Of a stretch of DNA of 64,000 bases, positions 25,401-37,306 are shown piece after piece (within the stretch, counting starts at the first letter, position 1; each line of letters starts with the position of its first letter). The notes beneath the pieces were generated by a model. That model did no database searches. It was given only the letters and a program-made list of their open reading frames with translations, and was not told the origin of the DNA. Source of the stretch: Ascidiella aspersa (taxonomy: Eukaryota). Made by a program: the position numbers and the translations under genes. The stretch spans positions 31,000,001 through 31,064,000 of the forward strand of contig OZ004608.1 in assembly GCA_963924565.1 (NCBI GenBank), given 5' to 3'.

Positions 25401-28400
25401 TTGTCAAAACAAGAATATTTACAACTTTCTTTTAAAAGTAAACATACTTTAAATTACATGTATTTCATATCCTGTTTTTTTAGTCTTTCGAGACATTTTA
25501 TGTTTTCTCCTGTCAAAAATAATTTCCCACCCATGATCTATACTTTGATAATAAACTTTATACGTCAATGCTGGCTTATCATGATTGAATGCCTAGGTTC
25601 TTGTGCGAAACGTCAATAATGTTAGGTATGAAGGGTTATGTGCTTTGTTCAATAATATTTGAAAACCTAATATTTAATATTTACTTTGAACTCACGATAA
25701 GTTAAGATGTGCGTATGTATGGGACTCCGCTGCTATTTTATACGTCATTACCAGCCTCTTTTAATTTATTAGGACCAAGGTTTGTGTGCGAAGTGTCAAT
25801 AAAATGTATTATTCGGTCGTAAGCGTTATGTGCTTTATAACAAAACGATTTGGACAGATCAAATATTTAGTTTGAACACCTAATTGGTATGGCTTTCATA
25901 CTTTGACGCTTTTACTTTTTATGCAGTCTATCATGCTATGATGTCTTTATTTATTTACGAAAGATTAAGTCAATATATATTTTAAAGTGGCCTTCATATC
26001 ACTGATGATGGCATGAGCATTTGCCGAAACGTTTGAACAATAAAGCATGTCGCTTTTAACGTCTATTTGGGCCGCTATTTTCACCATTAAACTTATGAAA
26101 AGATCTGTATATAGTGTTCCAAATATATATTTTATTCTGTAGAAAGTATGATATGATCCAGATCCACTAAGAATGACTCGAATGCTTAGTCTGTAATTTG
26201 AACTCCGAGAGTTATAGATAACAGTCCTTTCAATATATCCTAGGTTTATGTACAATTGTACATGAAATAAAAAAATGTATTTTGCGCTTAATATTTTGCG
26301 CAAAAATCCATCAATATACCATGTAATAACGTTATGCGCTTCCAGTATTACTGGAACACTTAATGTATAAGTAGTATTTTCAAATCTGATGTTGAAATTG
26401 AATCAAGAGTACGGTCAAAATGATACCTACTTCCGCATGGGCTTTGATGCTTACTACGTCTTACTACAACCCAGCTAATGTATAATTTCTTAACTTCGCG
26501 AATGTATTTCTCCAGGGTTGGCCGATGTACGCCCAGCTCTTGATCGATTTGTTCAAGTTCCTCGCTCCGTTCCTGAGGAACGTCGAACTCACCAAGTCGA
26601 TCACCATCCTGTACCGGGTGAGTTGTGACAGTAGCTTGTAATACTGTGAAACACTCGATTCAATAAATTGATTTTTTATACGGCAGATTAGGATGCTTTA
26701 TCCTTTGGTTACCTATCTAATCGTCAGTTAACATTTTTTTCATTCATTAGAACGCTATTGCTGAACATCGTTCTGTTCAATATTTTAAACTTTGAAAGAG
26801 GCATAAGTCACTTATCAAAACGAGGTCAGGTTTTATCGTTTATTTGCATGTGGGTTTTCAACAATGTTACTTCTGAAGACAAAGCAGCGCACTGTCTTGG
26901 ATATTCAATATGACATGCGGCTGGCTCTTTCCACCACTAAACAACGGCGTAAAAAAGCTTTGGAACCCCTGCTATAAACTATTACGATATACGCAAACTA
27001 ACTAAACCAACGCCTGAATGTAAATCGTTAACATTATCATTCCGTATTATCTGCATTTACATCTTTAATCCTCCTCTCCAGGGAACCCTCCGGCTTCTCC
27101 TGGTCCTCCTGCACGACTTCCCCGAGTTCCTGTGCGACTACCACTACGGATTCTGTGACGTCATACCCGGAAACTGCATCCAGCTGCGGAACCTGATCCT
27201 GAGCGCATTCCCACGCAACATGCGACTGCCCGACCCCTTCACGCCTAACTTAAAGGTAAGAGGAAAATCGAACCATTTTTATTGCACTTAACCGAAGTTA
27301 CCTAAGATATACCGTGTTTATTCGTGAAAGTATTCATCGGTATTTTTTTTTAATTATAACATCATTTTTTTTCGCACATCCAAATGCTTTTAGTTGATAT
27401 TTTTCTCATTAACATTGCTATTTTACCAGTTGTTGTCTTATTTTATGTCTTCTGTAAAGGAAGCCAAGCTCAACTCAACACATTAGTATAAAAAAAATAA
27501 CAGTTAAACTATTAAAATTTGTGAAATCAGTCGATTTAGAGCAGTGTTTAGAATAGCAGTAGGCCTTCACTCAAAACTATGCGAAGTTTAAAAAAAACGG
27601 TTTTCTGTACAAAAATGATAAAAAAAAAATTCCGCTCATTTCCTTACTAATATAAGTGATTGCTGTAGCGATTTAATACTTTTTTCATAACTTGGTTACA
27701 TCCAAAATTATTTGTTGAATTGACTCTCAGTTCTTATATTGTCCCTAAAATTATCAAAAAGTGTTACCTCAATGTCACACTAACTGATGCTGATACAATT
27801 ACGTATGGAAACGTCTCTATCAAGATGATGTCGATTTTCCCGACCTTCCGCTCACCTCAATATATATTCTTCACTTGATCTCTATTTATAGTCCTGTAAT
27901 TTTTTTTAGAGACAATGCTTCTACGTTGCTTTGTTTAATCTTACGTTCACGGATTGCGAAAAATTTCCACAATGTTTTTTATCATAATTAAATTTAATAT
28001 TTTAAAATCAGTGACTTTCTTCTCTGATTGCTTTACACCTGTCAGATTTGCTTTGCACCAGTGGTCGCTAAACTTTTTTCTCGCGGCCCAGAATACTCTT
28101 ACAGGAGCCTTCGGTGGTCTACGTAAAATAACTACGACAAAGGGACTGATCCAGGATTTTTTTGGGGGGAGCGTGGACATAAACATTTTAAAATACTACA
28201 CTCAGTATTAACAAATATATATTACTTTTGCTACTTCCAGGTTGACAAGTTGCAGGAGATTAACGTGGCCCCTCGCATCCTCACAAACTTCGTGTCTGTG
28301 ATGCCTGGAGGTTTCCAGAAGGATCTGGATAGCTATCTCAAGACCAGAGCGCCTGTCACGTTCTTGTCCGATCTCAGGTCAAACCTGCAGGTAAGAACGA

Positions 28401-31390
28401 TGATATCGTTATTTAGTTTAAAAGGCGACAATTGTGAACCATTGCTGTAAGGAATATGATCAATCAAAATGTTTAAGTCGTATATTAACCACAAAGAGAT
28501 ATAAAGCTTTCAGGTAAGACTCGAAAGTTCAAGATTCAGTTTATTTTGTGCACCTTGTAAACATAGAAAGCAAAGAGCACAAAAATAAAACAAGGACAGC
28601 AAAAGGACCTTATGGTCATTGAGTGGAGCTACCCATGTAAGCATGATGGGTATCGTTGTTTAGTTTCTGCCATAGCTGACCACTATGAATGCAGTTAGTG
28701 CGATTAGTCGATGAATGATACAAGGTTCTGAATTGTGTGGTCGCTTTCGTTGGCGACCATGCTCCATTTGGATGACCACTTTTTTGTTATTTTTATAACT
28801 CTTGGCTGTTTCGTGCCTTCCTTTTTTAGAAAAAAAACTTTTCTTTTTTCAAAATTTTTTTTCAAAGATTTTCATTTTTCAGTACATAACTTTCCAGTAC
28901 ACTCGTGTGTTACTTTGTTCTGTCCCTTCTAACTGGGATCTCTGTAGCATTACGCTTTTTTTTTCGGCGCGCAGATCAGCAACGATTCTGGTGTGAAGTA
29001 CAACGTGCCGCTGGTTAACTCAGTAGTGATGTACGTCGGTACCCAGGCCATCACCTTCATCCACAGCAAGGGCGGCACCCCTTCGATGGCAACCATCACC
29101 CACTCCTCACACATGGACATCTTCCAGAACCTAGCCGTCGATCTCGACACCGAAGGTAGGTCGTCGCTGTTGTTTTGTGACGTCATTGTGTGCAGCAAAT
29201 ATCGCTTTGTTTCACTCAATATTCTTATGCGCGGGATCTTTTCGGCGTAGGCACCTTTTTTTGCTCGAACCACAGCTGAGTCGGACAGACCGGCAAGAAA
29301 TGCGTATCGCGCGTCACCCAATTACATGAAAATAAACCACAGCGCACTTTGTTTTCCAGGTCGCTACTTGTTCCTGAACGCTATCGCCAACCAGCTGCGC
29401 TACCCGAACAGCCACACGCACTACTTCAGCTGCACGCTGCTCTACCTGTTCGCCGAAACCAACCAGGAATCGATTCAGGAGCAAATCACAAGGTAATAGA
29501 GGCGCGGAAGTCGATACTAATATGCCAAACTTTACTTTATGGCAAGTCCGTTGGTTCGTGTTGTACTACAATTATTATGAGCAAGTACGGCCGATTCGAT
29601 TTTTATGGCATAATTGCTGTGACGAAATCAAAACGTTTGAATTCGATTTTTTCAGGGTTTTTTTAGCCAAAAGACCAAAAGCCAAGTTACTCTCAATTGT
29701 TATTTAGTATTTTCGATAAATTCCTATTCCCTTTTCAAGATAGAAACGTTGCTTTGGTCGCAAATTATTGCTGAAATTCCTGAATATCAGAACGTGCAAA
29801 TGCAATGTTTTTAGGTTTTTAAGCCAAATATGCTTAAACGGCAAAAGTCTTTAAAAAAATACTCTCGATTGCTTAATAACTATTTACTAATAAATTCCTT
29901 TTTAAACAGTAAAAACGTTGCTCGCAAAACCAAGAATTAAATGCAAAAAATATTGGTATCGCTTCATCCCCGATGCCACCCTATATCGAATAAATACGAT
30001 AACACCTCGAGATATTTTATTCTATACTCGCTTCACCAGCACAGCTATAAAAAAAACGAGTTCAACTATTACATTATACGTTTTTTGTTTTATTAAACGT
30101 CTTTAAGATTCATTTGTTTTGAAGCAAGAATATTTTATTTTATTGTCTGCGAGATATATCTTCAATGCGAAAGCGTTCCAAGTTGTTTTTAATATTTGCG
30201 CTCTCGCAATAAAGTTACTTTTGTCCGAGTAACAGCATCAAATACATAATTGTGATTTGTCAGTGTGCTGTTATGGTTACTTATAAAACGTCCAAAGGTC
30301 CGGCTCCTTTAATTACATTATACTTTTTGACGATTTACCTATTTTTTGACCTGCTTTTGACGCTTTACCTATTTCATTTAACGTTCTCAAAATTCGTCTG
30401 ATTTAATGATATTTTGCCAAAGCCTTCAAGCTGTTTTTAAAATTGCGCCCTCGAAATTTTGTCAGAGTTACAGCTCGAAAAACCTAATTGTGATTTTCAG
30501 GGTGTTGTTGGAGCGACTGATCGTGAACCGACCCCACCCCTGGGGCCTTCTCATCACCTTCATCGAGCTCATCAAGAACCCCAACTTCAAGTTCTGGAAC
30601 CACGAGTTCGTCCAGTGCGCGCCGGAGATCTCAAAGTAAGTTTTGAACAGGAGTTCTTGATATTTATAGCTAGGTAATTTTGAACCGGTCTATATAAATT
30701 GGCAAGTATCTCTTTTTGCTACATCTCGCTCAAGAAACGTTTATCATAGAGTAACTCGCCAACTAATAGGTTACGACACCATTTATTAAAATATTTCATC
30801 AAAATATTTTTTATTTATTTACCAATGTCTACGATGTACCCATTGAACTTTATGGTTTTTAATATACACTAATGCTCATACACCATTTTTCGACTAAATT
30901 GTTACTGAAAATTTATCCTCAAAATATCGGTATTTAATGTATTTGTCACACGGACGTAATTTGCACAATAGCTTTAAACGGCCGCCTTTAAAACAGCGTA
31001 TATTTTACAATTCGCAAGTGACCAACGTAAAAAACTAGTTCAATATGTGTTGTGGTGGTTGGCCCACAAGTCGGTTAATTGCCTAACACCAGTTGCGATA
31101 ACCTACAACTGTTAAACCTCGCGGAAAAATGTATAGCATCAAAAATCAAACAACGGTCAGGTTTCAAGACACTCGAGTGTCATCCAATGCAAACTGTCCT
31201 ACTTGCATCTATTTGCCGCAATTACAAGCCAAACGCCAATATAATTGCTTTGGCCTCTTGCAGGCTCTTCGACTCGGTGGCCCGAAGCTGCATGGGCAAG
31301 CAGTTCAACAACAACAGCCAGCAGGGCGCAGTAGAGAGCACCGCCACGTCGAGTGCCACCAGCCAAGCCACTGTGGTCCAGACCTCCTAG
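1455..31390 (+). CDS. CNOT1: CCR4-NOT transcription complex subunit 1 (5'-partial, 38 coding exons in window)
   Basis: The spliced translation matches CNOT1 motifs ([25 protein letters not shown]; [26 protein letters not shown]; [10 protein letters not shown]; KDFALDPEE; [16 protein letters not shown]; [12 protein letters not shown]; [23 protein letters not shown]). Exons, all GT-AG with phases checked: 1455-1668, 2312-2762, 3225-3500 (spans N gap), 4246-4413, 4819-4946, 5767-5874, 6240-6315, 7899-8080, 8669-8893, 9524-9670, 10155-10334, 11075-11191, 11647-11835, 12337-12453, 12805-12878, 13533-13722, 14175-14366, 15418-15522, 16317-16466, 16981-17085, 17370-17489, 18152-18220, 18499-18666, 19357-19554, 20280-20449, 20849-20948, 21785-21916, 22644-22742, 23078-23230, 24129-24292, 25041-25158, 26516-26617, 27082-27255, 28241-28390, 28975-29155, 29360-29492, 30501-30635, 31264-31390 (TAG). 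Confidence 0.97.
3311..3450. other. Assembly gap (140 N) within a CNOT1 Gly-rich exon
   Basis: Run of N; the reading frame is preserved across it. Confidence 0.99.
5064..5385. mobile_element. hAT (Charlie-like) MITE
   Basis: Perfect TIR caggggttcttaaac / gtttaagaacccctg; subterminal ggaccc repeats; TSD GTCTAACT. Confidence 0.92.
7004..7809. mobile_element. hAT MITE (outer element of a nested pair)
   Basis: TIR cagcgcttccc / ggggaaccgctg; TSD TTCTATAC. Confidence 0.85.
7205..7650. mobile_element. hAT MITE nested in the 7004-7809 element
   Basis: TIR ccgggtggtcca / tggaccaccctg; TSD AGTTAGAA. Confidence 0.85.
10028..10100 (-). mobile_element. Degenerate tRNA-derived SINE remnant
   Basis: Minus strand reads ...gaggtagcaagttcgaaactcgccgc, a B-box/T-arm-like motif, with a D-arm-like segment upstream. 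Confidence 0.35.
10329..10650. repeat. ~110-bp tandem repeat x3 that includes the CNOT1 donor site
   Basis: Unit atcac(t/c)gt(a/c)agctgctttttgt...ccaacggtcact(a/t)gttcg(a/g)atcc...gact(c/t)aaataatcg. Confidence 0.9.
12941..13458. mobile_element. Foldback element (~190-bp inverted arms) with a hammerhead motif in the loop, copy A
   Basis: Arms 12941-13132 and 13226-13420 are reverse complements; shares arm and core sequence with 23742-24050. Confidence 0.85.
13160..13195 (-). ncRNA. Minimal type-I hammerhead ribozyme motif
   Basis: Minus strand: UAUA-CUGACGA-U-GCCA(UUGC)UGGC-GAAA-UAUA^UAUA. Intact core, 4-bp stem II, palindromic AUAU in place of stem III, 4-bp stem I. Confidence 0.7.
15162..15351. 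mobile_element. Palindromic MITE with telomere-like GGGTTAGGG/CCCTAACCC arms
   Basis: Ends ctggtctagaatcctaccac / gtggtataggatactagaccag; internal inverted G-rich and C-rich blocks; a degenerate relative lies at ~57190-57385. Confidence 0.75.
17821..17895 (+). ncRNA. tRNA-like sequence (pseudo-tRNA or SINE head) inside an inverted repeat ~17690-17956
   Basis: Acceptor stem GCCTGTG/CGTAGGC, D stem GCTC/GAGC, T arm GTGAG-TTCGAAC-CTCAC, T-run at 17900-17909. The anticodon arm is 19 nt and unpaired. Confidence 0.7.
23742..24050. mobile_element. Foldback element, copy B, with two tandem degenerate hammerhead motifs
   Basis: Arms cagaatactctagcaaagcta..tcagatac / gtgtccga..ctagctttgctaagggtattctg; tttcgccagcaaaggcat repeated at ~23849 and ~23918. 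Confidence 0.8.
25999..26036 (+). ncRNA. Penelope-type minimal hammerhead motif
   Basis: TCA-CTGATGA-T-GGCA(tgagcatt)TGCC-GAAACGTT-TGA, followed by AATAAA. Confidence 0.55.
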
Positions 31391-32200
31391 TAGCTGGACA
31401 CCGCCGCTCAAACCAGGCCCGCTGCCAAAACCGTCGTCGTACGCTACCCGTCGATTCCGTCGGGTCCCATTCCCGCAAAACCGTTACTCTTAATTATTAT
31501 TCTTTTTTTTTTCTTTGTGTGCTTGTTCTGGCTGCTGTCGCTGTTACGCGGCATGTTTTTTTTGCTTGATGTATATACCCTGTCCTCCCGTCACCCTATG
31601 TGTCGCGTAGCTGGCGTTTCGCCATTGCTTTCTGCTTTTCTTGTCGGTGTTCTTTTTTTGTGTAGACGACCAACCTTGTAAATACAAATAGGAAAGGAGG
31701 AAATATTGTAGTGATGTGATGCCAGCTGTCGCCGTTCTACTTTAAAGAGACGTGACAAGCCGAAACTATTACGAACCCTTACAACCGTTAGTTTCAGCCC
31801 GACACGATACGTTATCTGTTGCATTGTAACATTGACAGCGCATTCAAACCTCGACAAATCGGTATTCTGCAAAACACGATTGGCAAACAAAAACATAAAT
31901 ATTACCTCTAGATCATGTGAAAATAGAGCTAGATTAACAATCTAAAGATTAATCGGTCGAGAAAAGCGAACATACTAAAGGTAGTTATTTATTTTCACCA
32001 AGGCTCAGTCCGGCAATTCGATAGTAACATACTCACACCCTTACTGTAATGTGATTGATTTACGTTGGAATTCTCAATGTAAAATGTTGGATTTCACCTT
32101 CTCCGAAACATCGATATGTTGATTCTGAAACGGTGTTGTTTCTCTCCAGGTTCACTAACACGAAAACAGACTTTCCATGTACGTCAGTGAATTAACCGCT

Positions 32201-32206
32201 AATAAA
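32201..32206 (+). terminator. Candidate CNOT1 polyadenylation signal
   Basis: First AATAAA I found downstream of the stop, ~810 nt after it. Confidence 0.35.
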
Positions 32207-33412
32207 CATAACACGTTAATGTCACGTGCACTTGTCACTGTACGTGCACTTGGCAAAGCACTTTAGTCGAGGAAAGCACCTTAGTTCAAGCATAAACCAT
32301 CTCCCCGAAACTTTAGTGCCAAAATTTAACACAAAAAATTCCAGTGTTATTATGTGCGCCGGAGGGGTCAATTTCGTTTCAAGTTGAAGTATGTCCAGGA
32401 TTTTAAAGAAAAAGAGACAGTCCTTTGCAATTTATTGACTCATATTTAGCGCCAGGAAGTTATTGGATCATCTACATTTATGTTAGGGGTATATTACGTC
32501 TTTAAGGATCATAAAATTGGCGAGAAAGTATAATAAGGTTTAATGCGATACCTAAAGCTTAAACTATAACGTCTACGCTTAAGGCAATGTCGTGTTCGGA
32601 AATATTACGATGGTAATAAACAGGACTGCGCGAATACAGATCGAATGGCTGACAAAAACCAAACGGATCGGAGGACTGATGCTAAATTGTGTTACGAAAA
32701 CTAGTCCAATACTATTGGTGCTAAACTGAAATATAGGAAAGTCAGCCATATGGTTGTGAGGTTATCAATTTTGCTTGTTATACCTTTGTAGTGACGGTTT
32801 ATGATTCTGTATCGGACGACCGTACTTTCTGCTTAAAATCTTGGCTATCGGTATCACAATAACATAATTATGAAATATTCCACCCATTCTTCGTTCAGTT
32901 GATTATTATGATTAAAATTGGCGGCAAACTGCTCCTAGTCGCCCGAACTATATTCATTTTTGCTTTAAACATCGCGCGAAGCTCACTTCGGTTTTCATGC
33001 AACGTCGCCTTTGTGTAATTTTGCTAACATCAGGGAAAACAATTCTGCGAACTGTTAAAGAGAATTCTGCCATTTTAACAGTCGAGTTTATCTTACCTAA
33101 CAAGCAGTACGAATGCACTCGTAAAAAGGTGAGCAATCACAGTATGTGCTTGCTGTGTGTCATTTATTAGGGATGTGAAATTTCGACAGATATCAGACTC
33201 AACAGAGTAAGAAATATTGCACGATTGCGACAACTATCCGAGTATCCGGGTAATGTAGACCTAATGTCATTTTTGATATGTCTAGCACATTCTTTCCTAA
33301 TAAGGTGAATGCCTAGGGTGAACCAACTAAAAGGAGTGAATAAGGGTGAACCGTCAGAAATGGATGATAGCTAGCGAGCAGGGCAGATATTCCGGGTGTT
33401 CAACTTGTTTTA

Positions 33413-33415
<3 letters not shown>

Positions 33416-33446
<31 letters not shown>
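33416..33446. repeat. (TA)n microsatellite
   Basis: About 15 uninterrupted TA units. Confidence 0.95.
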
Positions 33447-33450
<4 letters not shown>

Positions 33451-33544
33451 CAAGATAGTTTTATCATATCATAAGACAAGGGTGTATAAAATCTGGAGAT
33501 AGATGGTAGGTGTGAACAAGAAGCACTGGTCTAGCACATAGTAT

Positions 33545-33872
33545 TTCATTTTAAAATTTTCGGGCGGTTTAACTGAAATGAAGTCCTCCAATCGCATGCG
33601 AACAACATAAAAACTGAGCTGTGGTACTACCAGTAATTGACAAGGTTGCGTTAAGTCCGTATATTTTACAACGTTACATGAACGTTTGCGCCGCCGTAAA
33701 TAGAAAAGTATTCCATTTTAAAATTTTCTGGCGGGTTAACTGAAATGAAGTTCACTTCGCATGCGAACCTCATAAAAAGGGACTGCTGTGCTACCAGTAA
33801 TTGGCAAGGTTGCGTTAAAGCCGTATATTTACAACGTTACATGAACGTTAGTGCTGCCATAAATAGAAAAGT
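33545..33872. repeat. ~165-bp tandem duplication x2
   Basis: cattttaaaatttt..ggcgg..taactgaaatgaag...caaggttgcgttaa...acaacgttacatgaacgtt...aaatagaaaagt occurs twice. Confidence 0.9.
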
Positions 33873-35779
33873 GCCAACTTCGAACGTAATGTCGCTCACA
33901 CAACGGTTAAATCCGTCCCTATGTGACCCTGCCAGAAGGCAGAGCGTCGGCCTAATCCAATATTATTGCTATTTCGTGGTCGTTGTGGCGCCTATTAAAT
34001 AGGGGGAACTCCCAACCATCGCAGTTTTTTTCGCTCTTTAATTCCCACTAACCACTGTTGAAGCTCACCAGCCACTGATAGTAAACAAAGCTATTTATGG
34101 GTTGCGGATTTTAAAACAGAATATGTTTTGGGGTTTATTTTTAAATCGTGCAGTAGATTGGATATAGGTAAAAATGCACTCACCAATGCCTGCGTGTTGT
34201 CAAAAAAGCAATACTTTTCTCTGAAAACAAAACTTTCAAAGACATCTGAAGATATTTCATTTCATTTAAAGTAGATAAATTTCTTGGGGGTGCAGTATGA
34301 GGCTTCGACAATGCAGTGTCCAACTTCTTGTATAAAAATTAATAAGCAGCCTTAATCAATTTGTATATGTTCGGTTTATTTTGCGTCCCCCACTTCCATT
34401 AGATCCAGTGTTATTTTATTCCCTTGATAAACACGAAACCGTTATGTGTTGGCAACCCAGTGTAAATCAAATTTTAGTAAGAAACCGATATTTCCTTGTA
34501 TGTATGCGTTGCCCGTGACAAAAGGACGCTCAGTTCTCCTGTGATCCATATGCGAAAACAACAAGCTTATCGCTTATAAAGCGACGTTTAAGCATCACCT
34601 GGCTGTGACCAAACATTGACTGTTTGCTAGCAGCAAACCATAAAGAACCCTCACGAACCAACCGCCCTAATAAGAAATATAGTTAGTGCGAAATGGCCTC
34701 AATTTTGATAAGCGATCACTGAGTATAACCAGGTGAGTTAGCTGCCGTGACTGGCAGTGACATAGGTATCCAAATCCTAGTGTGCTCGCGTTCGTCCGAG
34801 CAGAACTAGCTTGGATTGATCACATGCGTTGTTATGTGTACCCATAAATCCTAAAGCAACGTACGGCTCTGTTCGGGAACTACGCAGCACCGTATCTGCC
34901 AACTAATTGACTGCGATTAAATTTATCGGTAAAACTTCGAAATCACTTTAAACAAAGTATTTCGCCATTTGTGCAGGACAAGGTAGTTTAAGTTGGCCCA
35001 CACAATGTGCCTTAGAACATTGGCTTACGGTGCCTTATGCTTAAGTTTTCTCTTTACACTTAGGTATGTTGCTGTTGACCTATATTTCGCGTCGCCTGAC
35101 GCGTTGTTTTCGAAAACGTAAATACTCCGCGACGCCGCAGCCAGGTCCCTTGGGTTTAACTTGATTGAAATCTTTAATCTAATATCACCTAAGTTCAAGA
35201 CAAATCATAACCGCGTGTATGATTGACTAATGAACACTCCCTTCAAGAAAATATTGTATTATGTGGGTCTGTCAGCCAGCGTTGGTTCAATAGTTTACTT
35301 TTATAATAGTTTGTTTACCTTTTCTGAGATTAAATATAGATGAAGTAGACGAAAGAATTGTGATGCGGTAGAAAGTAAAAACTTCGTTTCAAAGTTTAAA
35401 AATTAACATTAATAAAAATAAAGTATACATGCGTTGAGTCTGAACCAATTGAGCGCTTTTTGTTGTGACTATGTTTTATATTCGGACCGGTTTGTCTGAC
35501 CCAGCTTCCTTCTTATAACAACGTGGGGTTAGGATTTCAAACAGAAAGAGATAATTGCCTATATAAATGTTTTGTTTTATCCTATACGTCAGATGTAGCC
35601 AACTTACGTTTGATTGCGATCGACTGAAATATCGCGAGCGACTGTTTCGGTAAAAAAGTCACAAGAACACTTATTAAACATTTTGAGCGTTAATTGCATT
35701 CCAAGCCAGCGATGAAGTTAAACTTGTTACGTCAAAGAACGCTTTATTAGGCTTGTCCAGACAACAGTTGGTGGTCATT

Positions 35780-36131
35780 TTAGTAATCCGCTTGTAAGCG
35801 ACAGCTACTGTAATGACGTAACACATATTCGACAAGGTGAATTGTGGCGATCGACCTGTTGGTTACCGTTCTTCTGCTTACCAATAATCTACTCATGGGC
35901 TCCAAATCTCCCGATATGCTATGTGTTCTCACGCGCGACGAAGCGAAACGGAAGTTTGATCAACATTTTGTCGCCGTCAGGTCAGAAAGACACACCCGGC
36001 CCGGAGCCCCGCTCGGCGCTCGGCGCTCGCCCAACGCGCCAATTAGGATATCCCGTTCCACCTGAGCCCAAAACATTTGAGGATTAGAGACGGGTTGTTG
36101 GTGTAGAGCAGTGCTTCGCGGCCGGGGAACG
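35780..36131 (+). promoter_or_regulatory. CpG-rich promoter-like island with candidate first exon
   Basis: TGACGTAA, ETS CGGAAGT and CCAAT motifs; ends in donor AACG|gtaagc. Confidence 0.5.
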
Positions 36132-36464
36132 GTAAGCAACGAAATGATGCTGGTATAGTGTAGCATTATGAACTCGTTTTGTTGAGAGTTGAGAGTGAAC
36201 TTTGGAAATGTGCTTTTTCTTTTATCGAGGGCTTTGCAAGAGTATAGGTTGAGTTTATATGAGAACTGATCGGTATGTTTTGACTGTGTGCTTTGCTTGT
36301 CCTATTGTAATCGGGTGAAAACCACATTTTTTACACATGGAAAACAAACGTCAAACGTGACCATTTCATCCTTAACTTATTTTAAAATGCCACAAAGGTT
36401 TGACAATTTTTGACAGAAGACATTGTAGAAGGGCAAATCTAAAGGTGTTTTTTTGAATAGTGAA

Positions 36465-36809
36465 AGATGTCCGATCATGTCGGATCGGGGCAAAAACCGG
36501 TACCAAGTGGAGGTAACGGTACTTACCCGATACTAAGGTGCGATACCAAGTTAATATAGCAAAATAGCAACCCAACGGTTTGATTTGTTTTTACTTTAAA
36601 GGTAAATTTGTCAAAACATATAGTAGGTTAATAAATCAGGATAACTAGGCTTAAGCAAATTTTGGCGTAATACATATATATTTGACGGTTCAAAATTGCT
36701 TGTTTGGGCAGAGTGACGACGTCATTATTTGGATCGGATCGCAATATTTTGCGTCTGAAATATCGAGTATCGGAATCGCATTAAAATGTTAATATCGGGC
36801 ATCCCTAGA
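36465..36809. mobile_element. Degenerate hAT (TAGGGATG-type) element
   Basis: gatcgga/gtatcgg subterminal motifs ending in catcccta; relatives at ~15900-16258 and ~51010-51300. Confidence 0.5.
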
Positions 36810-37039
36810 TAGTTATAACTGATTGAGGTGCGTTAGGCGTGTTGGGCAATGAAACATTTTATTTACACCTTCGAACAGAATATAGTTAGTATCAATTTGG
36901 ATACATGCGTATGGGTCATTGTTTAAACTTGATGGCCCGTGTTAAAACTGAAACGATTGTCGAGGATTGTAACAACAATAGCTGAATCGGACCTTATATT
37001 TTAAATGACTTATAAATGTACAAACGTAAGTTTTTTTTA

Positions 37040-37306
37040 TGATATCATCGCAGCACCTGCAAAGTTCTCGGCAAAAAGTCCGAGCGAGCCACCGCCGTCA
37101 TTAGCGCGATGACCTGTGCTCTTTTCTGCGAAAACGTCAGCGCTTCGTTGATGACGTATAGGCTGATCGTAATCGAAGCCACTCGCGACCTCGCCGCGTT
37201 TGTCCGTCCAGATGGACACTAGTGACGTTTAAATGGCCGCTGATCGTGGGTTATTTGAGGTCGAAGGCAGCTAGGCAAACTGCTGCGCTGTGGCAGCTAA
37301 GACGAG
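37040..37306 (+). promoter_or_regulatory. CpG-rich promoter-like island with candidate first exon
   Basis: Several TGACGT half-CREs and a YY1-like AAATGGCCGC; donor CGAG|gtaaaa. Confidence 0.45.

Noticed and set aside
31388-31681. About 95 open in-frame codons after the CNOT1 stop (possible readthrough)
   Set aside because: The stop is a tandem TAG TAG and the extension is T-run-derived low complexity.
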